DNA of 64,000 nucleotides from Clostridia bacterium (GCA_017482195.1 JAFUNM010000046.1:1931-65930), one strand, 5' to 3'; positions 35,838 to 45,338 are shown, counted from the first letter of the stretch. Made by a program: numbers and translations. The notes: generated by a model not told the origin, from the sequence alone.

Positions 35838-35995
35838 AGCGGGATACTCTGCGCTACGGGATTTTTCGAGCCGCTGCGGGCGGCGGCGAAAAATCCTCGC
35901 TGCTCGAGACACGGCAGTTCGAAAAGGCTGACGCGCCTTTCGGCGGCCTCAACGAACATTTTGCTTCACCAAAAGTTCGCATCCCCCGAACGACG
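35838..35995. other. GC-rich multi-hairpin intergenic element (unassigned; possible small RNA or repeat element)
   Basis: Hairpins are GGATTTTTCGaGCCGC-tgcgg-GCGGCggCGAAAAATCC (35859-35896), CGAAAAGGC-tgacgc-GCCTTTCG (35920-35942) and CGAACaTTTTG-cttcac-CAAAAGTTCG (35953-35979). An alternative GTTCG-catccc-CGAAC spans 35975-35991. Confidence 0.35.
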
Positions 35996-36036
35996 AAAAT
36001 AAAATAAACCACCCCAAATGGAGTGGTTTATTTTAT

Positions 36037-36128
36037 TGGCGGAGAGAGGGGGATTCGAACCCCCGAACGGGTTTAAGCCGTTACACGATTTCCAATCGTG
36101 CGCCTTCGACCAGCTCAGCCATCTCTCC
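36037..36128 (-). tRNA. tRNA-Ser (anticodon GGA)
   Basis: This 92-nt cloverleaf has acceptor GGAGAGA/TCTCTCC and anticodon arm CACGA-TTGGAAA-TCGTG. It has a long variable arm, a T-arm GGGGGTTCGAATCCCCC and an encoded CCA. Promoter TTGACT-17-TATACT lies upstream and terminator 36003-36034 downstream. Confidence 0.92.
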
Positions 36129-36178
36129 AAACTGCTAAAACAGTATATAACAGAACCAATCAAAAGTCAAGGATTTTT

Positions 36179-36835
36179 TCAAAGAATTTCAGAGCCGTCG
36201 GCTTTCAAGAATTTCAAGCGGCGGACTTTGCGAATCTTACAGAACAGGCCCACATTACAAAGACCCTCAGCCAGATAATTGGGACTTAAGGAGCGCTGAT
36301 TACCGGAAGCCAGTTCAGCGAAAAGACAAACAAGGCCGTCTTCCCCCGTTTTGGTTTCTATTTTATTGATAAATTCCCGGATATCCACTTCCTGCTCACT
36401 GCGCTTCGTTTTTTTAAGCACGGTCAGCGGCTGTTTAAAAGCGGCAGCAATCGTTTCGGCAGACTCTGCCGTTTCCAGCTCCACCTCATAGGCAGCAAAA
36501 GCGATCTCCTTAAACGGATCGCAAGGCTCATAGATCTCTAATACTTTCAGGGAATCGGGAAAGGCGTTTTTCAGATCCTCAGGCTCCCACTCTACCCCCG
36601 GCAGCAAACGAAAATCAAACAGCTCGCCGGTACTCTCAAACCCCAACGAAAGAGGCATGGCAAATACACAGTAAGGATGAGGACTGAAGCCGCCCTTGCT
36701 CCAATACGGAATACCGCTGCGGCGCAGAGCCCGCAACACCGCCCGATTAAGATCCAGATGAGAAAAATAGATGGCATCGTCGGTCTTGCAAAACCGCACT
36801 CGCATCTCCTTAAACATAGTCTTTGGATCAGACAT
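36179..36835 (-). CDS. TIGR03936-family radical-SAM-associated protein (DUF2344)
   Basis: Family-typical sequence RFCKTDDAIYFSHLDLNRAVLRALRRSGIPYWSKGGFSPHP is present. It overlaps and follows the TIGR03960-type radical SAM gene. Confidence 0.8.
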   Translation of the reverse strand: MSDPKTMFKEMRVRFCKTDDAIYFSHLDLNRAVLRALRRSGIPYWSKGGFSPHPYCVFAMPLSLGFESTGELFDFRLLPGVEWEPEDLKNAFPDSLKVLEIYEPCDPFKEIAFAAYEVELETAESAETIAAAFKQPLTVLKKTKRSEQEVDIREFINKIETKTGEDGLVCLFAELASGNQRSLSPNYLAEGLCNVGLFCKIRKVRRLKFLKADGSEIL

Positions 36836-38675
36836 CGCATTTCCTCCCCATCATCTGATTGGCACCGCAGCCGGTGCATTGCTCCTTGCAATTGGGCGTA
36901 GTCTCGGCGCGGTAGCTGCGCTCGGCTTCCTTCTTCAAATACGCCTTAGTAACTCCGATATCAATGAAATCCCAGGGCAAAAGTTCTTCAAAATCCCGCT
37001 TGCGGGCAGAATAAAAATCGGGATCGATACCGGCGGCGCGGAAAGCCTCCTGCCAGCGTTCATAACTGAAATATTCCGTCCAGGCATCCAGCCTACCGCC
37101 GTTTTGGGCAACATAAGCAATGGCGGGAGCCAGACGGCGGTCGCCTCTTGCCAACACCGCCTCGATCAGCGAGGTGCGGCAATCGTGGCAGCTTAAGGTC
37201 ACCTGCTTAGAGCCCACCGTCTTTTTAAGATACTCCTGCTTTTGGCGGATCTCACTTTCGGTATTCTGTGCCTCCCATTGAAAGGCCGTAAAGGGTTTCG
37301 GAATAAAGGTCGCCACACTCATGGCGATTTTGATAAACCGGTTGCGCTTGGATTTATCGGTATCATAGAAATAGCCGATGATCTTATCGGCCATTGAACG
37401 GATGGCAGCCAGATCCTCCTCCGTTTCGGTGGGCAGACCCATCATAAAATACAGCTTGACCGAGGAATTGCCGTTTTCAAAGGCGATCCGGCAGCTCTTC
37501 TCGATATCTGTCTCGGTGACATTTTTATTAATAACATCCCGTAGCCGCTGGCTGCCCGCCTCTGCGGCAAAGGTGAAGGTGGATTTTTTCACGCCGGTAA
37601 TTTTTGCGGCCAATTCCTTGGAAAAGTTATCTGCCCTTAAAGAGGGCAGCGAAAGATTGATTCCGCGAGGCTCGGTATAGTTGATGAGCCCGTCCACCAG
37701 CGGCTCGATCTCGGGATAATCGCTGGAGGAAAGGGAACAAAGAGACAGCTGTTCATAGCCGGTATTTTCCAATAGGGTGCAGGCATCATGAATCAAAGTG
37801 TCGGCAGACTTACAGCGAATGGGGCGAAACAGCATCCCCGCCTGACAGAACCGGCAGCCGCGGATACAGCCGCGGAACAACTCGATGGTCACCCGATCGT
37901 GTACCGCCTCGGTAAAAGGGATGATCTGAGTCTTAGGATAATAGACCTTGTCCAGCTCTTTAATGATCCGCTTATGCACCACCGCGGGAACCCCTTCCTT
38001 CAGCGGTGTAAAAGCAGCGAGTGTACCGTCTTCTTTATAAGCCGCCTCATAGAGAGAGGGAACATAAAAACTCTCCATTTTGGAAACTTCATAGAGAAAT
38101 TTCTCCCGGCTCCAGCCTTTAGCCTTCGCTTCGCGGAGCTTGTCCGCAAGTTCCGGAAGAGCCTCTTCCCCCTCGCCAATGCTGAATACATCAAAAAAGT
38201 CGGCCAACGGCTCAGGATTATAAGCACAGGGGCCGCCGCCTACCACGATATGTTTAAGACCCTTACGATCTTTTGCATAAATAGGAACACCGCCCAACTC
38301 CAACATATTGAGAACGGTGGGGTAGCACATCTCATATTGCAGGGTAAAGCCGATTAGATCGTATTCATCCAATGAGGTATGGCTCTCCATGGAATAGAGA
38401 CGGATACCCTCGGCCCGCATCCTCTCTTCCATATCGGGCCAGGGCTGAAAAAACCGCTCGCACCAGGTGCCCTTTTGTTCATTCAGCGAGCCATAAAGGA
38501 TGCGCAGTCCCAAATGGGACATTCCGATATCATAAATATCAGGAAAGCAAAAGCCGAAGCGGATATCCACTTCCCTGAGATCTTTGACGGTTTGTCCCAT
38601 CTCGCCGCCCACATATCGGGCAGGCTTTTGAACTTCCAGCAAAAGCTCTCTCATATCCTCCGTTTTATACGTCAT
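36828..38675 (-). CDS. B12-binding-domain radical SAM protein (TIGR03960 family)
   Basis: The radical SAM cluster motif CIRGCRFCQAG is present in a 615-aa protein. It shows the conserved pairing with the DUF2344 gene. Confidence 0.85.
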   Translation of the reverse strand: MTYKTEDMRELLLEVQKPARYVGGEMGQTVKDLREVDIRFGFCFPDIYDIGMSHLGLRILYGSLNEQKGTWCERFFQPWPDMEERMRAEGIRLYSMESHTSLDEYDLIGFTLQYEMCYPTVLNMLELGGVPIYAKDRKGLKHIVVGGGPCAYNPEPLADFFDVFSIGEGEEALPELADKLREAKAKGWSREKFLYEVSKMESFYVPSLYEAAYKEDGTLAAFTPLKEGVPAVVHKRIIKELDKVYYPKTQIIPFTEAVHDRVTIELFRGCIRGCRFCQAGMLFRPIRCKSADTLIHDACTLLENTGYEQLSLCSLSSSDYPEIEPLVDGLINYTEPRGINLSLPSLRADNFSKELAAKITGVKKSTFTFAAEAGSQRLRDVINKNVTETDIEKSCRIAFENGNSSVKLYFMMGLPTETEEDLAAIRSMADKIIGYFYDTDKSKRNRFIKIAMSVATFIPKPFTAFQWEAQNTESEIRQKQEYLKKTVGSKQVTLSCHDCRTSLIEAVLARGDRRLAPAIAYVAQNGGRLDAWTEYFSYERWQEAFRAAGIDPDFYSARKRDFEELLPWDFIDIGVTKAYLKKEAERSYRAETTPNCKEQCTGCGANQMMGRKCDV

Positions 38676-39246
38676 ATTCGTTCTCCTTGATTAATCCGAT
38701 CAAATATATGCAAACAAACAATAATGAAACGTTATACCCGCTGCTCAAAAACTGCCAGAAGGCAACTGCCAACAGAGGCAGCAGACAGCAAAGAGCCGCC
38801 GCGGTACCGATCATACGCCCACGGTCCGGCGTGCAATGCAGAGCCAACACCGAACGTAGGATGCGTCCGCCGTCCAGCGGCATAATAGGTAACAGATTCA
38901 TCCCGGCCAACGCGGCATTGGAGAAGGCACAGAACCATAGATCCTTACTCTCCCGCCACAAGGCAAAAATCGCAAAAAAGACAGCCAAGACAAGGCTCAT
39001 CAGCGGCCCTGCCGCGGCAGCCAGCAATTCCCCCTGATAGGAAAGTCCTTCCACAGTCAGACCAAAGCCCTGGCCCTGACCGGTCATGCTGTTCAGCTTA
39101 CCTCCAAGGCGGCGAATGGCAAGAACATGCCCCAATTCATGGAGCAGGGAAAAAAACAAGATCAGCAAGGGATCAAAGGTGCCCTCGATCAGCATATAAG
39201 AAATGAGCAACAGCACCATCAACGGGGAGATGCTAATTTTCCTCAT
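38665..39246 (-). CDS. M50 site-2 metalloprotease, short SpoIVFB-like form
   Basis: HELGH (HExxH) and NLLPIMPLDGGRI (NxxPxxxLDG) occur in a 193-aa polytopic protein. No CBS domain is appended. Confidence 0.75.
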   Translation of the reverse strand: MRKISISPLMVLLLISYMLIEGTFDPLLILFFSLLHELGHVLAIRRLGGKLNSMTGQGQGFGLTVEGLSYQGELLAAAAGPLMSLVLAVFFAIFALWRESKDLWFCAFSNAALAGMNLLPIMPLDGGRILRSVLALHCTPDRGRMIGTAAALCCLLPLLAVAFWQFLSSGYNVSLLFVCIYLIGLIKENEYDV

Positions 39247-39535
39247 TCTGCTCTGCCAGCACGCTGTCTACCGTTGCCTGAACATCGGCAGCTTCTTCCC
39301 CTTTGACCACCGCCACCAGATCATCCCGCCAGCGGATCACCGTTTGCTTGACCGTAGAAAAGTCCGGCAGACGGTCGGTGGTCTTTAAGTAAAAGCCCCC
39401 GGCACCCAAAAACAGCAAGATGATCAACAGGGTCACAAAAACCGACCCCTTCTCCCGCTTGACGGACTGCTCTTGAAGTTCCATCCGCCGCAGTTCTCTT
39501 AACGAATCACGATGATATTCTTCCATATTCTTCAT
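39233..39535 (-). CDS. hypothetical single-pass membrane protein
   Basis: This 100-aa protein has one TM helix, VFVTLLIILLFLGAGGFYL. It overlaps the M50 protease start, the position expected of a SpoIVFA-like partner. Confidence 0.45.
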   Translation of the reverse strand: MKNMEEYHRDSLRELRRMELQEQSVKREKGSVFVTLLIILLFLGAGGFYLKTTDRLPDFSTVKQTVIRWRDDLVAVVKGEEAADVQATVDSVLAEQNEEN

Positions 39536-39617
39536 CTCCTTTTATATAAGGATATGAAGAAAAGTCAAGCCATAGAATATTGACTTTTCAATGGAATTAG
39601 ATTATTATAAAAGACAC

Positions 39618-39692
39618 GCCTCCATAGTTAAACGGATATAACAGCCCCCTCCTAAGGGGCAGTTACAGGTTCGATTCCTGTTGGGGGTGCCA
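39618..39692 (+). tRNA. tRNA-Arg (anticodon CCT)
   Basis: This 75-nt cloverleaf has acceptor GCCTCCA/TGGGGGT and anticodon arm GCCCC-CTCCTAA-GGGGC. It has a T-arm ACAGGTTCGATTCCTGT and an encoded CCA. Promoter TTGACT (39580-85), a 17-nt spacer and TATTAT (39603-08) lie upstream. Confidence 0.9.
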
Positions 39693-39693
39693 G

Positions 39694-39726
39694 AAAAAAG
39701 CGTATTGCAATGCAATACGCTTTTTA
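39694..39726 (+). terminator. intrinsic terminator after tRNA-Arg
   Basis: AAAAAGCGTATTGCA/TGCAATACGCTTTTT is a perfect inverted repeat with a T-run. Confidence 0.8.
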
Positions 39727-39759
39727 TTATACTATAAATTCACAAAAACTGCAACCGAA

Positions 39760-40023
39760 TCAGAAAATTTGGGTCTTTTTAAAACTGCGGATCAAGGTCC
39801 CCTGCTGATCCTCGGTTTCGGCAAGACTCTGAATATGCAGATAAGAAAGACCCAGGGGCGCTTCGCTGCTGAGAGCAGTTTCATACTTCTGCCCGCCGAC
39901 GGTAACATGGGCGATTTTCCCAAGGGTATCATACTCTGCCGCCACGGTGATCCATCCATCGGAGCTTTCCACCTTAATACAAAGGGGTGCCTCCGCCAAG
40001 ACGGTCTCATCGGCAGGGTTATA
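39760..40023 (-). pseudogene. C-terminal 87 codons of the BNR/sialidase-like gene, cut off by an in-frame TGA
   Basis: This stretch is in the same reading frame as 40024-41517. The sequence reads ...GVALCLTDH-TGA-YNPADETVLAEAPLCIKVESSDGWITV.... There is no RBS before the ORF-track TTG at 39999. Confidence 0.55.
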
Positions 40024-41517
40024 TCAATGATCAGTCAGGCAAAGGGCAACCCCGCTTTTTACCACCCGGAGTTCCACTTCCACTCTGCCCTTCTTGGAGG
40101 CAGGAAAATTCCAGACTGCGCCCTGTTTTTTATAAACAAGCCGCTCATCCTCGATGCGGCAGATCTGCAAAACCTCCTTGGCATTGCCCGAAGGATCGGG
40201 AACCAAAAGAGCGCCTTGGGTACGGTTATAGGCGCAATGGCCCGACCAACCCCGATAGTTGCCCATATTGCTTTTCACATACATTTGGGTAGAAACGTTC
40301 TGAAGACCTAAGCGAAAATCTTCCTTCCGCTCCTGCTCGTAAAGCCAATTCACATCCAAGAGTACCACCTTGCGTGCACTGGTATTTTGTCCGAAATGGA
40401 TCAGCAGTTTATGATAAGGCAGTTCTACCATCTGCGCCTGATGGACGCTTTTATCCTTAGAATTAGCGCCGCCGATGGAGCGGAAATCGCCGTTATTGCG
40501 AATGGGGTTTAAGAACAGTTCCCGCAGACCGATCCAGCTTTGCATATCATCCTCGGTAACGGCAAGATGATTGGCATCCCGATTGGTAAATACATCCTCG
40601 GAGTACCCCGTTAATTCCCTTGGGGTCAGCGGCGGAAAGGCCTGAGTATGGTCCAATTCGGGCATCGGCTGGGTATTGCACCAAAAAAAGACGATCCGAC
40701 CATCACTCAATTTTTGCAATACCGGCATAGTGATGGTGCCATGGAAGGGCGAGGGCTCGGGGCCGGTCCAATGATCGCCATGGTCGGCGGAGCGATAGGT
40801 ATAATAATAGTCCTGGGAGGTGCGCACAAACATCACCAACTCCCCATCTACCAGCTCGGCAATGGTAGGCTCGGCGGAATATTGCTGCCAGCGGGGTCCT
40901 TTATGGGGCGGCTTCACCACAAAGGGCGGCGCCGAGGGCAGAAGTTCCCGCTCGGTCCAACTCTCTCCGTCATCATCGGAATAAAAGACCACTATCGTCT
41001 TATTAACGCGCTCGGGATAGTTATATTCCCCTATGATCAGCCAGCGTTTGCAACTTTTCAGATACATGGGAGGGCGCATGATAAATACCTCCCGCTCCGA
41101 CATTTTCACCAGGCGGTAATCGGCGCTGTCGTGTCCCTTTTCGCTAAGGATCGCCCAGGTGCCCTCTTTTCCGATGAGGGCGTTACGATCGGGGCGGTGT
41201 TCCTGGGGATGAAATGCAATATATCTTCCTGTTTCAGGATTATAAGTTGCAGCGCCCAATACGCCATGCTCCATATAATGAGTCTTCCAGCTAAGACCGC
41301 AATCCTTAGAGGAAAGATAAACCGTAGTGCCCATATCGGTGGGTTCCTTTTTGCCCATTGTACCATAAATGCGGATCTCTCCCTCGGAGGTCACGCACAT
41401 ATTACAGCAGGCATCACTGGGCGGAATCGTTACCACCTGCGGCTCATATACGCTTTGCAGCATCCGCCGATCCTCTTGGGAAAGAGCCTGCTCCATTCGT
41501 TTGAGTTGTTCGTTCAT
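40024..41517 (-). CDS. BNR/Asp-box repeat glycosidase-like protein (sialidase superfamily)
   Basis: Three Asp-box motifs are present: SKDCGLSW, SDDDGESW, SADHGDHW. There is no signal peptide. The gene ends at an in-frame TGA (40024-40026). Confidence 0.65.
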   Translation of the reverse strand: MNEQLKRMEQALSQEDRRMLQSVYEPQVVTIPPSDACCNMCVTSEGEIRIYGTMGKKEPTDMGTTVYLSSKDCGLSWKTHYMEHGVLGAATYNPETGRYIAFHPQEHRPDRNALIGKEGTWAILSEKGHDSADYRLVKMSEREVFIMRPPMYLKSCKRWLIIGEYNYPERVNKTIVVFYSDDDGESWTERELLPSAPPFVVKPPHKGPRWQQYSAEPTIAELVDGELVMFVRTSQDYYYTYRSADHGDHWTGPEPSPFHGTITMPVLQKLSDGRIVFFWCNTQPMPELDHTQAFPPLTPRELTGYSEDVFTNRDANHLAVTEDDMQSWIGLRELFLNPIRNNGDFRSIGGANSKDKSVHQAQMVELPYHKLLIHFGQNTSARKVVLLDVNWLYEQERKEDFRLGLQNVSTQMYVKSNMGNYRGWSGHCAYNRTQGALLVPDPSGNAKEVLQICRIEDERLVYKKQGAVWNFPASKKGRVEVELRVVKSGVALCLTDH

Positions 41518-41628
41518 TCTGCACCGCCTTCTTTTTCCCCCATTATACCCCCTGCCCTTTGAAAAAGCAACCTTGAAATTCTATTAAATTGAGGATATAA
41601 TGATAAAAAACTTTTAAGGAGATCCTCT

Positions 41629-42819
41629 ATGAAAGCCTGCATTATTCAACCGCCCTATTCTATGGATCCCGCCATGGCCGATGAATGCTTTGCATTCAAG
41701 ATGGCGCAATTAGAATTATGCGACAAGACGATGGACATCATCGTGCTCCCCGAATACAGCGACGATCCCTGCTGCACCAACACTCGGGAGGACACGCTGA
41801 CAGCTTATGAAAAATACAGCGTGCCCCTTTTGGAGGCTTGCGCCGCCACCGCCAAGCGGTGTCGCTCCATGCTGTTTGTGAACGGTCTGTATGAGACCTC
41901 CACCGGCTACCGCAATACCACCTATTGTTTCAACCGAGAGGGCGAGGTCGTCGGCAAATACTTCAAAAAGCATCTGCCGCCGCTGGAATTCGGACCCCTT
42001 GCACTGGACAGCGACTATACCTTTGAATTTTCCGAGCCCTACATTTTAGAGATGGAAGGCTTGCGGTTCGGCTTTCTGACCTGCTACGATTTTTATTTCT
42101 ACGAGGCATTCCCCAATATCGCCCGCCAGAATGTGGACATCATCATCGGCTGTTCCCTGCAACGCAGCGACAGCCATCAGGCACTGGAAATTATGTGCCG
42201 CTTTTTGGCATACAACACCAACGCTTATGTGTTGCGTTCCTCGGTCAGCATGGATGAGCAGGCAACCGTCTGCGGCGCCAGCATGATCGTGGATCCCTTT
42301 GGCAATGTGCTTGCTAATATGAGAAGTATGCGAGGGTTGGCTACCGCGGAATTTGATCCCAAAAACAAATACTACAAGCCCGCCGGCTTCGGCGGCGCGC
42401 CGGCACCGCACTATGAATACATGGAGTGGGGACGCCATCCTCAGCAATACCGCCCCGCAGGCAGCTTTATCGTCCGCACCGATGAGATGACTCCCTACCC
42501 CCGCACCCGCCTGGAGGCGCCCGCCGCTAAAACCTTGGAAGCCATCGGCGCCGCGATCGCAACCGACATTCAGGAGATCGCCCTGCCTCTCACAAATTCC
42601 GACGAAGGAATTTTAGTTCATTCCACCCCGCTGGAGCAGATCTTCAAGAAATTCTCCTGCCATACCATTTTCGAGCTACAGACCGACGCAGCAGAAGTTT
42701 TGAAAAAACTTCCCTCCCTGCTTCACCGCTACGACTGCGAAAAGCACGTTTTCTTGAATATCCAAGAAGACCTGAAGCCCTTGGCAGAGGACCTTTTGCC
42801 CAAGGTTCGTATTCAATAA
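41629..42819 (+). CDS. carbon-nitrogen hydrolase (nitrilase superfamily) protein with an extra C-terminal domain
   Basis: Candidates for the Glu-Lys-Cys triad are VLPEYS, YFKKHL and FLTCYDFYF. An unassigned region of about 100 aa lies at the C-terminus. Confidence 0.65.
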   Translation: MKACIIQPPYSMDPAMADECFAFKMAQLELCDKTMDIIVLPEYSDDPCCTNTREDTLTAYEKYSVPLLEACAATAKRCRSMLFVNGLYETSTGYRNTTYCFNREGEVVGKYFKKHLPPLEFGPLALDSDYTFEFSEPYILEMEGLRFGFLTCYDFYFYEAFPNIARQNVDIIIGCSLQRSDSHQALEIMCRFLAYNTNAYVLRSSVSMDEQATVCGASMIVDPFGNVLANMRSMRGLATAEFDPKNKYYKPAGFGGAPAPHYEYMEWGRHPQQYRPAGSFIVRTDEMTPYPRTRLEAPAAKTLEAIGAAIATDIQEIALPLTNSDEGILVHSTPLEQIFKKFSCHTIFELQTDAAEVLKKLPSLLHRYDCEKHVFLNIQEDLKPLAEDLLPKVRIQ

Positions 42820-42824
42820 GTATA

Positions 42825-42856
42825 AAAAAATGCCACCCTTGCGGGTGGCATTTTTT
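42825..42856. terminator. bidirectional intrinsic terminator
   Basis: The hairpin is AAAAAATGCCACCC-ttgc-GGGTGGCATTTTTT. Confidence 0.85.
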
Positions 42857-42859
42857 ATT

Positions 42860-45103
42860 TTACTTCTTGGGTTTCTTAATCTTATTCAGCTTCTTGTTCA
42901 GGTCCAGCAGTTCCTCTTTAGAGAAATGCACATCTGCGGCGCCCATGAGGCTGGTCAGACGGATGACGGTAAAGCTGCCCATCATCTGCATCATACTCTC
43001 GCCGATATCAAAGCCGGCCATTCCGCCGCCCTTATTCATGGACTTCATCACCTTGGCAGCAAGGCCTGCGAAGAGCATCTTGCCCTGGAGAGTGGCAGTA
43101 ATGTCGGAGAGGGTATCGTTCAGGGAGAAGTAGCCCTCGGGTGCATCGATATCAAACCAATTGAGGACCGTCCCCTTTTCCACCAGGCGGTAAGCCTCGT
43201 TGAACTGTTCCACCTTGCGGATCACACCTTCATCCTTGAACTCACCGGCAACCGCGGTCAGCTTGGTCTCGCCCACATTCGGCACATCAAAATAGAAGAA
43301 ATGATCCTCAGCAGTCTTTTTGCCGAGGGATACACCGTTGGCAAACAGCTCTACCTCAGGCAGGTTGGAATAGACGGTGACCTTGGTGGTCTCCTCTACC
43401 CGGTCGATATACCGCTTGCCGCACAGATGAACAAAGGGATCGTCGGAGAGCCAGGCCTTATAAGCATAGAAGGCATCCTTCTTATACTTGCGGTCAAAGG
43501 TGATCAGACCCTTATGATTCTGACCGTTTTCGCCGCCCTCGGCGCGGGCATCGGCACCGAAATCAAACATATTCCAAACATGAGTTGCCCAGAGATACTT
43601 GCGGCTGAACAGCTGCTTGATCAGCTCCTCATGGTAGTAAGCCTGGTACTCCTCGGTATAGTCGCCCTGCATAGGCTTGGAGGTATGCCAGTTGAGCGCC
43701 TCACATCCGTATTCGGAGCAGCCGATGGGAAGGTTGGGGAACTTCTCATGGAACTTATCGAACCAGGGGCCGTTCATAGCGGTATTGCCGCCGTACCAGC
43801 CGAAATAGTGGTTATAGGACACCACATCGGGAACCTGAACATAATCGGAATCCATATCGGCCATGGTCAGGCATGCCATGGTGGTCAAACGGGTCTTATC
43901 CATCTCATGGCAGAGATCATTGAGGATATGATGGTTTTCCATCAGATCGGGATCGGCTTCGCCGTTCATAGTGATCTCATTGGAGAGACCCCAAACCACG
44001 ATGGAAGGATGGTTATAGTTCTGAATGATCAGTTCTTTCATCTGGGAAACGGTATTCTCCCGGCCGTTCGGCATATGCTTGGAGATATAGGGAATCTCCG
44101 CCCAGACCACCATACCGCGCTCATCGCAGAGGTCATAGAAATACTGATCATGCTGATAATGAGCCAAACGAATGGTGGTAGCGCCCACCTCACAGATCAG
44201 ATCCATATCCTCTTCATGATGCTCAGGCAGCAGCGCATTACCGAGGCCCCAGCGATCCTGGTGGCGGGAAACACCGCGCAAAGGATACTCTTCGCCGTTT
44301 AAGATGAAGCCGTTTTCGGGATCGATCTTAAAAGTGCGGCAACCGAAACGGGTGCATACATGATCCAGCACCTCCCCGTTTTCCATCAGTTCTGCCTCGC
44401 AGCAGTAGAGGTATGGATCCTTTCTGCCATGCCAGAGATGCACATTCTCAACGGTGAAGGAAGCGGTGGTATCTGCAGTCTCAGTCTCGGCGATCACATT
44501 CTCCTCGGCATCGTAAACCGTATAGCGGATGGTCTGACCCATCTTACTGTCGGTCACGAAAACCTCGACCTCCACCTTGGCATCCTTGCCCTCCACGGTG
44601 GGCGTGACCTTGATGCCTGGGCCGCCATAGTACTCCAGATCGAAATGGGACGCGCTGACGCAGATGATATTCACATCACGATAGAGACCGCCGTAGAAGG
44701 TAAAGTCGGCCATCTGAGGATAAACCCGATCGTTGGGTGCATTATCCACAGCAATAGCGAAAAGGTTCTTCAGCTCCAGGTGATCGGTAATATCCACACG
44801 CCAGGTGGAATAACCGCCGTCATGAGAAGCCAGCTTCTTGCCGTTAAGATAAACCTCTGCAGAAGAGTTCGCGCCACGGATCTCTAAAAAATAACGGTCT
44901 GCCTTGGGCAGATCCATCTTTTCCAGTTCTTTTACATAATAGCAGGTGCCACGGAAATAATCACCGCCGCCGTCCTGACCGTCGATCCCGTTCCAGGAGT
45001 GGGGCAGATTAACAAAATACCAATCGGTCGGTACTGCGGTAGGCAGTTCGGCTACATTCTTAGCGAATGCCCATTTGGCATTGAGATTGAATACAGTTCT
45101 CAT
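42860..45103 (-). CDS. GH2 beta-glucuronidase (GUS) with C-terminal extension
   Basis: The GH2 acid/base is NHPSIVVWGLSNE, the nucleophile is CSEYG and the Tyr motif is NHYFGWYGG. The glucuronide-specific N-x-K motif GQNHKGLITFDRKYKK parallels E. coli GUS GNKKGIFTRDRKPK. ATG 45103 follows AAGGAGG. Confidence 0.8.
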   Translation of the reverse strand: MRTVFNLNAKWAFAKNVAELPTAVPTDWYFVNLPHSWNGIDGQDGGGDYFRGTCYYVKELEKMDLPKADRYFLEIRGANSSAEVYLNGKKLASHDGGYSTWRVDITDHLELKNLFAIAVDNAPNDRVYPQMADFTFYGGLYRDVNIICVSASHFDLEYYGGPGIKVTPTVEGKDAKVEVEVFVTDSKMGQTIRYTVYDAEENVIAETETADTTASFTVENVHLWHGRKDPYLYCCEAELMENGEVLDHVCTRFGCRTFKIDPENGFILNGEEYPLRGVSRHQDRWGLGNALLPEHHEEDMDLICEVGATTIRLAHYQHDQYFYDLCDERGMVVWAEIPYISKHMPNGRENTVSQMKELIIQNYNHPSIVVWGLSNEITMNGEADPDLMENHHILNDLCHEMDKTRLTTMACLTMADMDSDYVQVPDVVSYNHYFGWYGGNTAMNGPWFDKFHEKFPNLPIGCSEYGCEALNWHTSKPMQGDYTEEYQAYYHEELIKQLFSRKYLWATHVWNMFDFGADARAEGGENGQNHKGLITFDRKYKKDAFYAYKAWLSDDPFVHLCGKRYIDRVEETTKVTVYSNLPEVELFANGVSLGKKTAEDHFFYFDVPNVGETKLTAVAGEFKDEGVIRKVEQFNEAYRLVEKGTVLNWFDIDAPEGYFSLNDTLSDITATLQGKMLFAGLAAKVMKSMNKGGGMAGFDIGESMMQMMGSFTVIRLTSLMGAADVHFSKEELLDLNKKLNKIKKPKK

Positions 45104-45338
45104 GGGACTGTACCTCCTTCGTTTCAAAATTTCAGTCATAAAACGGCGGGGATGCCGTCTTTAGTTCAATTGTACCTATTTTTATATGAAAACGCAAGGA
45201 TAATTTTCGGTTGTTCTTGTATTTTTTTCATCTAAATCTCCTAAGAGCGGTTGAAATCAGCAAAAAACTGTATTATAATAAGAAAAAAGTTGATTATTTT
45301 TTGTCATTTATGACTGTTCAGAAAGGAGAGGGAATGGT

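Noticed and set aside
35042-35959. A 305-aa version of the DUF975 ORF, and the 64-aa ORF at 35808-36002
   Set aside because: The extra 65 codons cross a consensus promoter and the GC-rich hairpin element. An internal ATG at 35764 has a strong RBS and starts the conserved DUF975 N-terminus.
40021-40026. Selenocysteine or an alternative genetic code as the explanation for the in-frame TGA
   Set aside because: TGA terminates many well-defined genes here, for example the ATGA overlaps at 3253, 28392 and 29859. I could not identify a convincing SECIS-like hairpin by eye. The idea is kept only as a low-probability option within the finding.
42830-44302. A 490-aa plus-strand ORF antisense to the GH2 gene. 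Similar antisense ORFs occur at 29892-30791, 31958-32911, 40648-41562 and 21364-21915.
   Set aside because: In each case the opposite strand carries a clearly recognisable gene (GUS, TRAP permease, TAXI receptor, BNR protein, HtpG). The antisense translations have no motifs or start signals.
45104-45338. Inverted GTCATAAA / TTTATGAC motifs (near 45125 and 45304-45315) as AraC operator sites
   Set aside because: These are short AT-rich matches in an AT-rich intergenic region. They cannot be distinguished from chance without comparative data.
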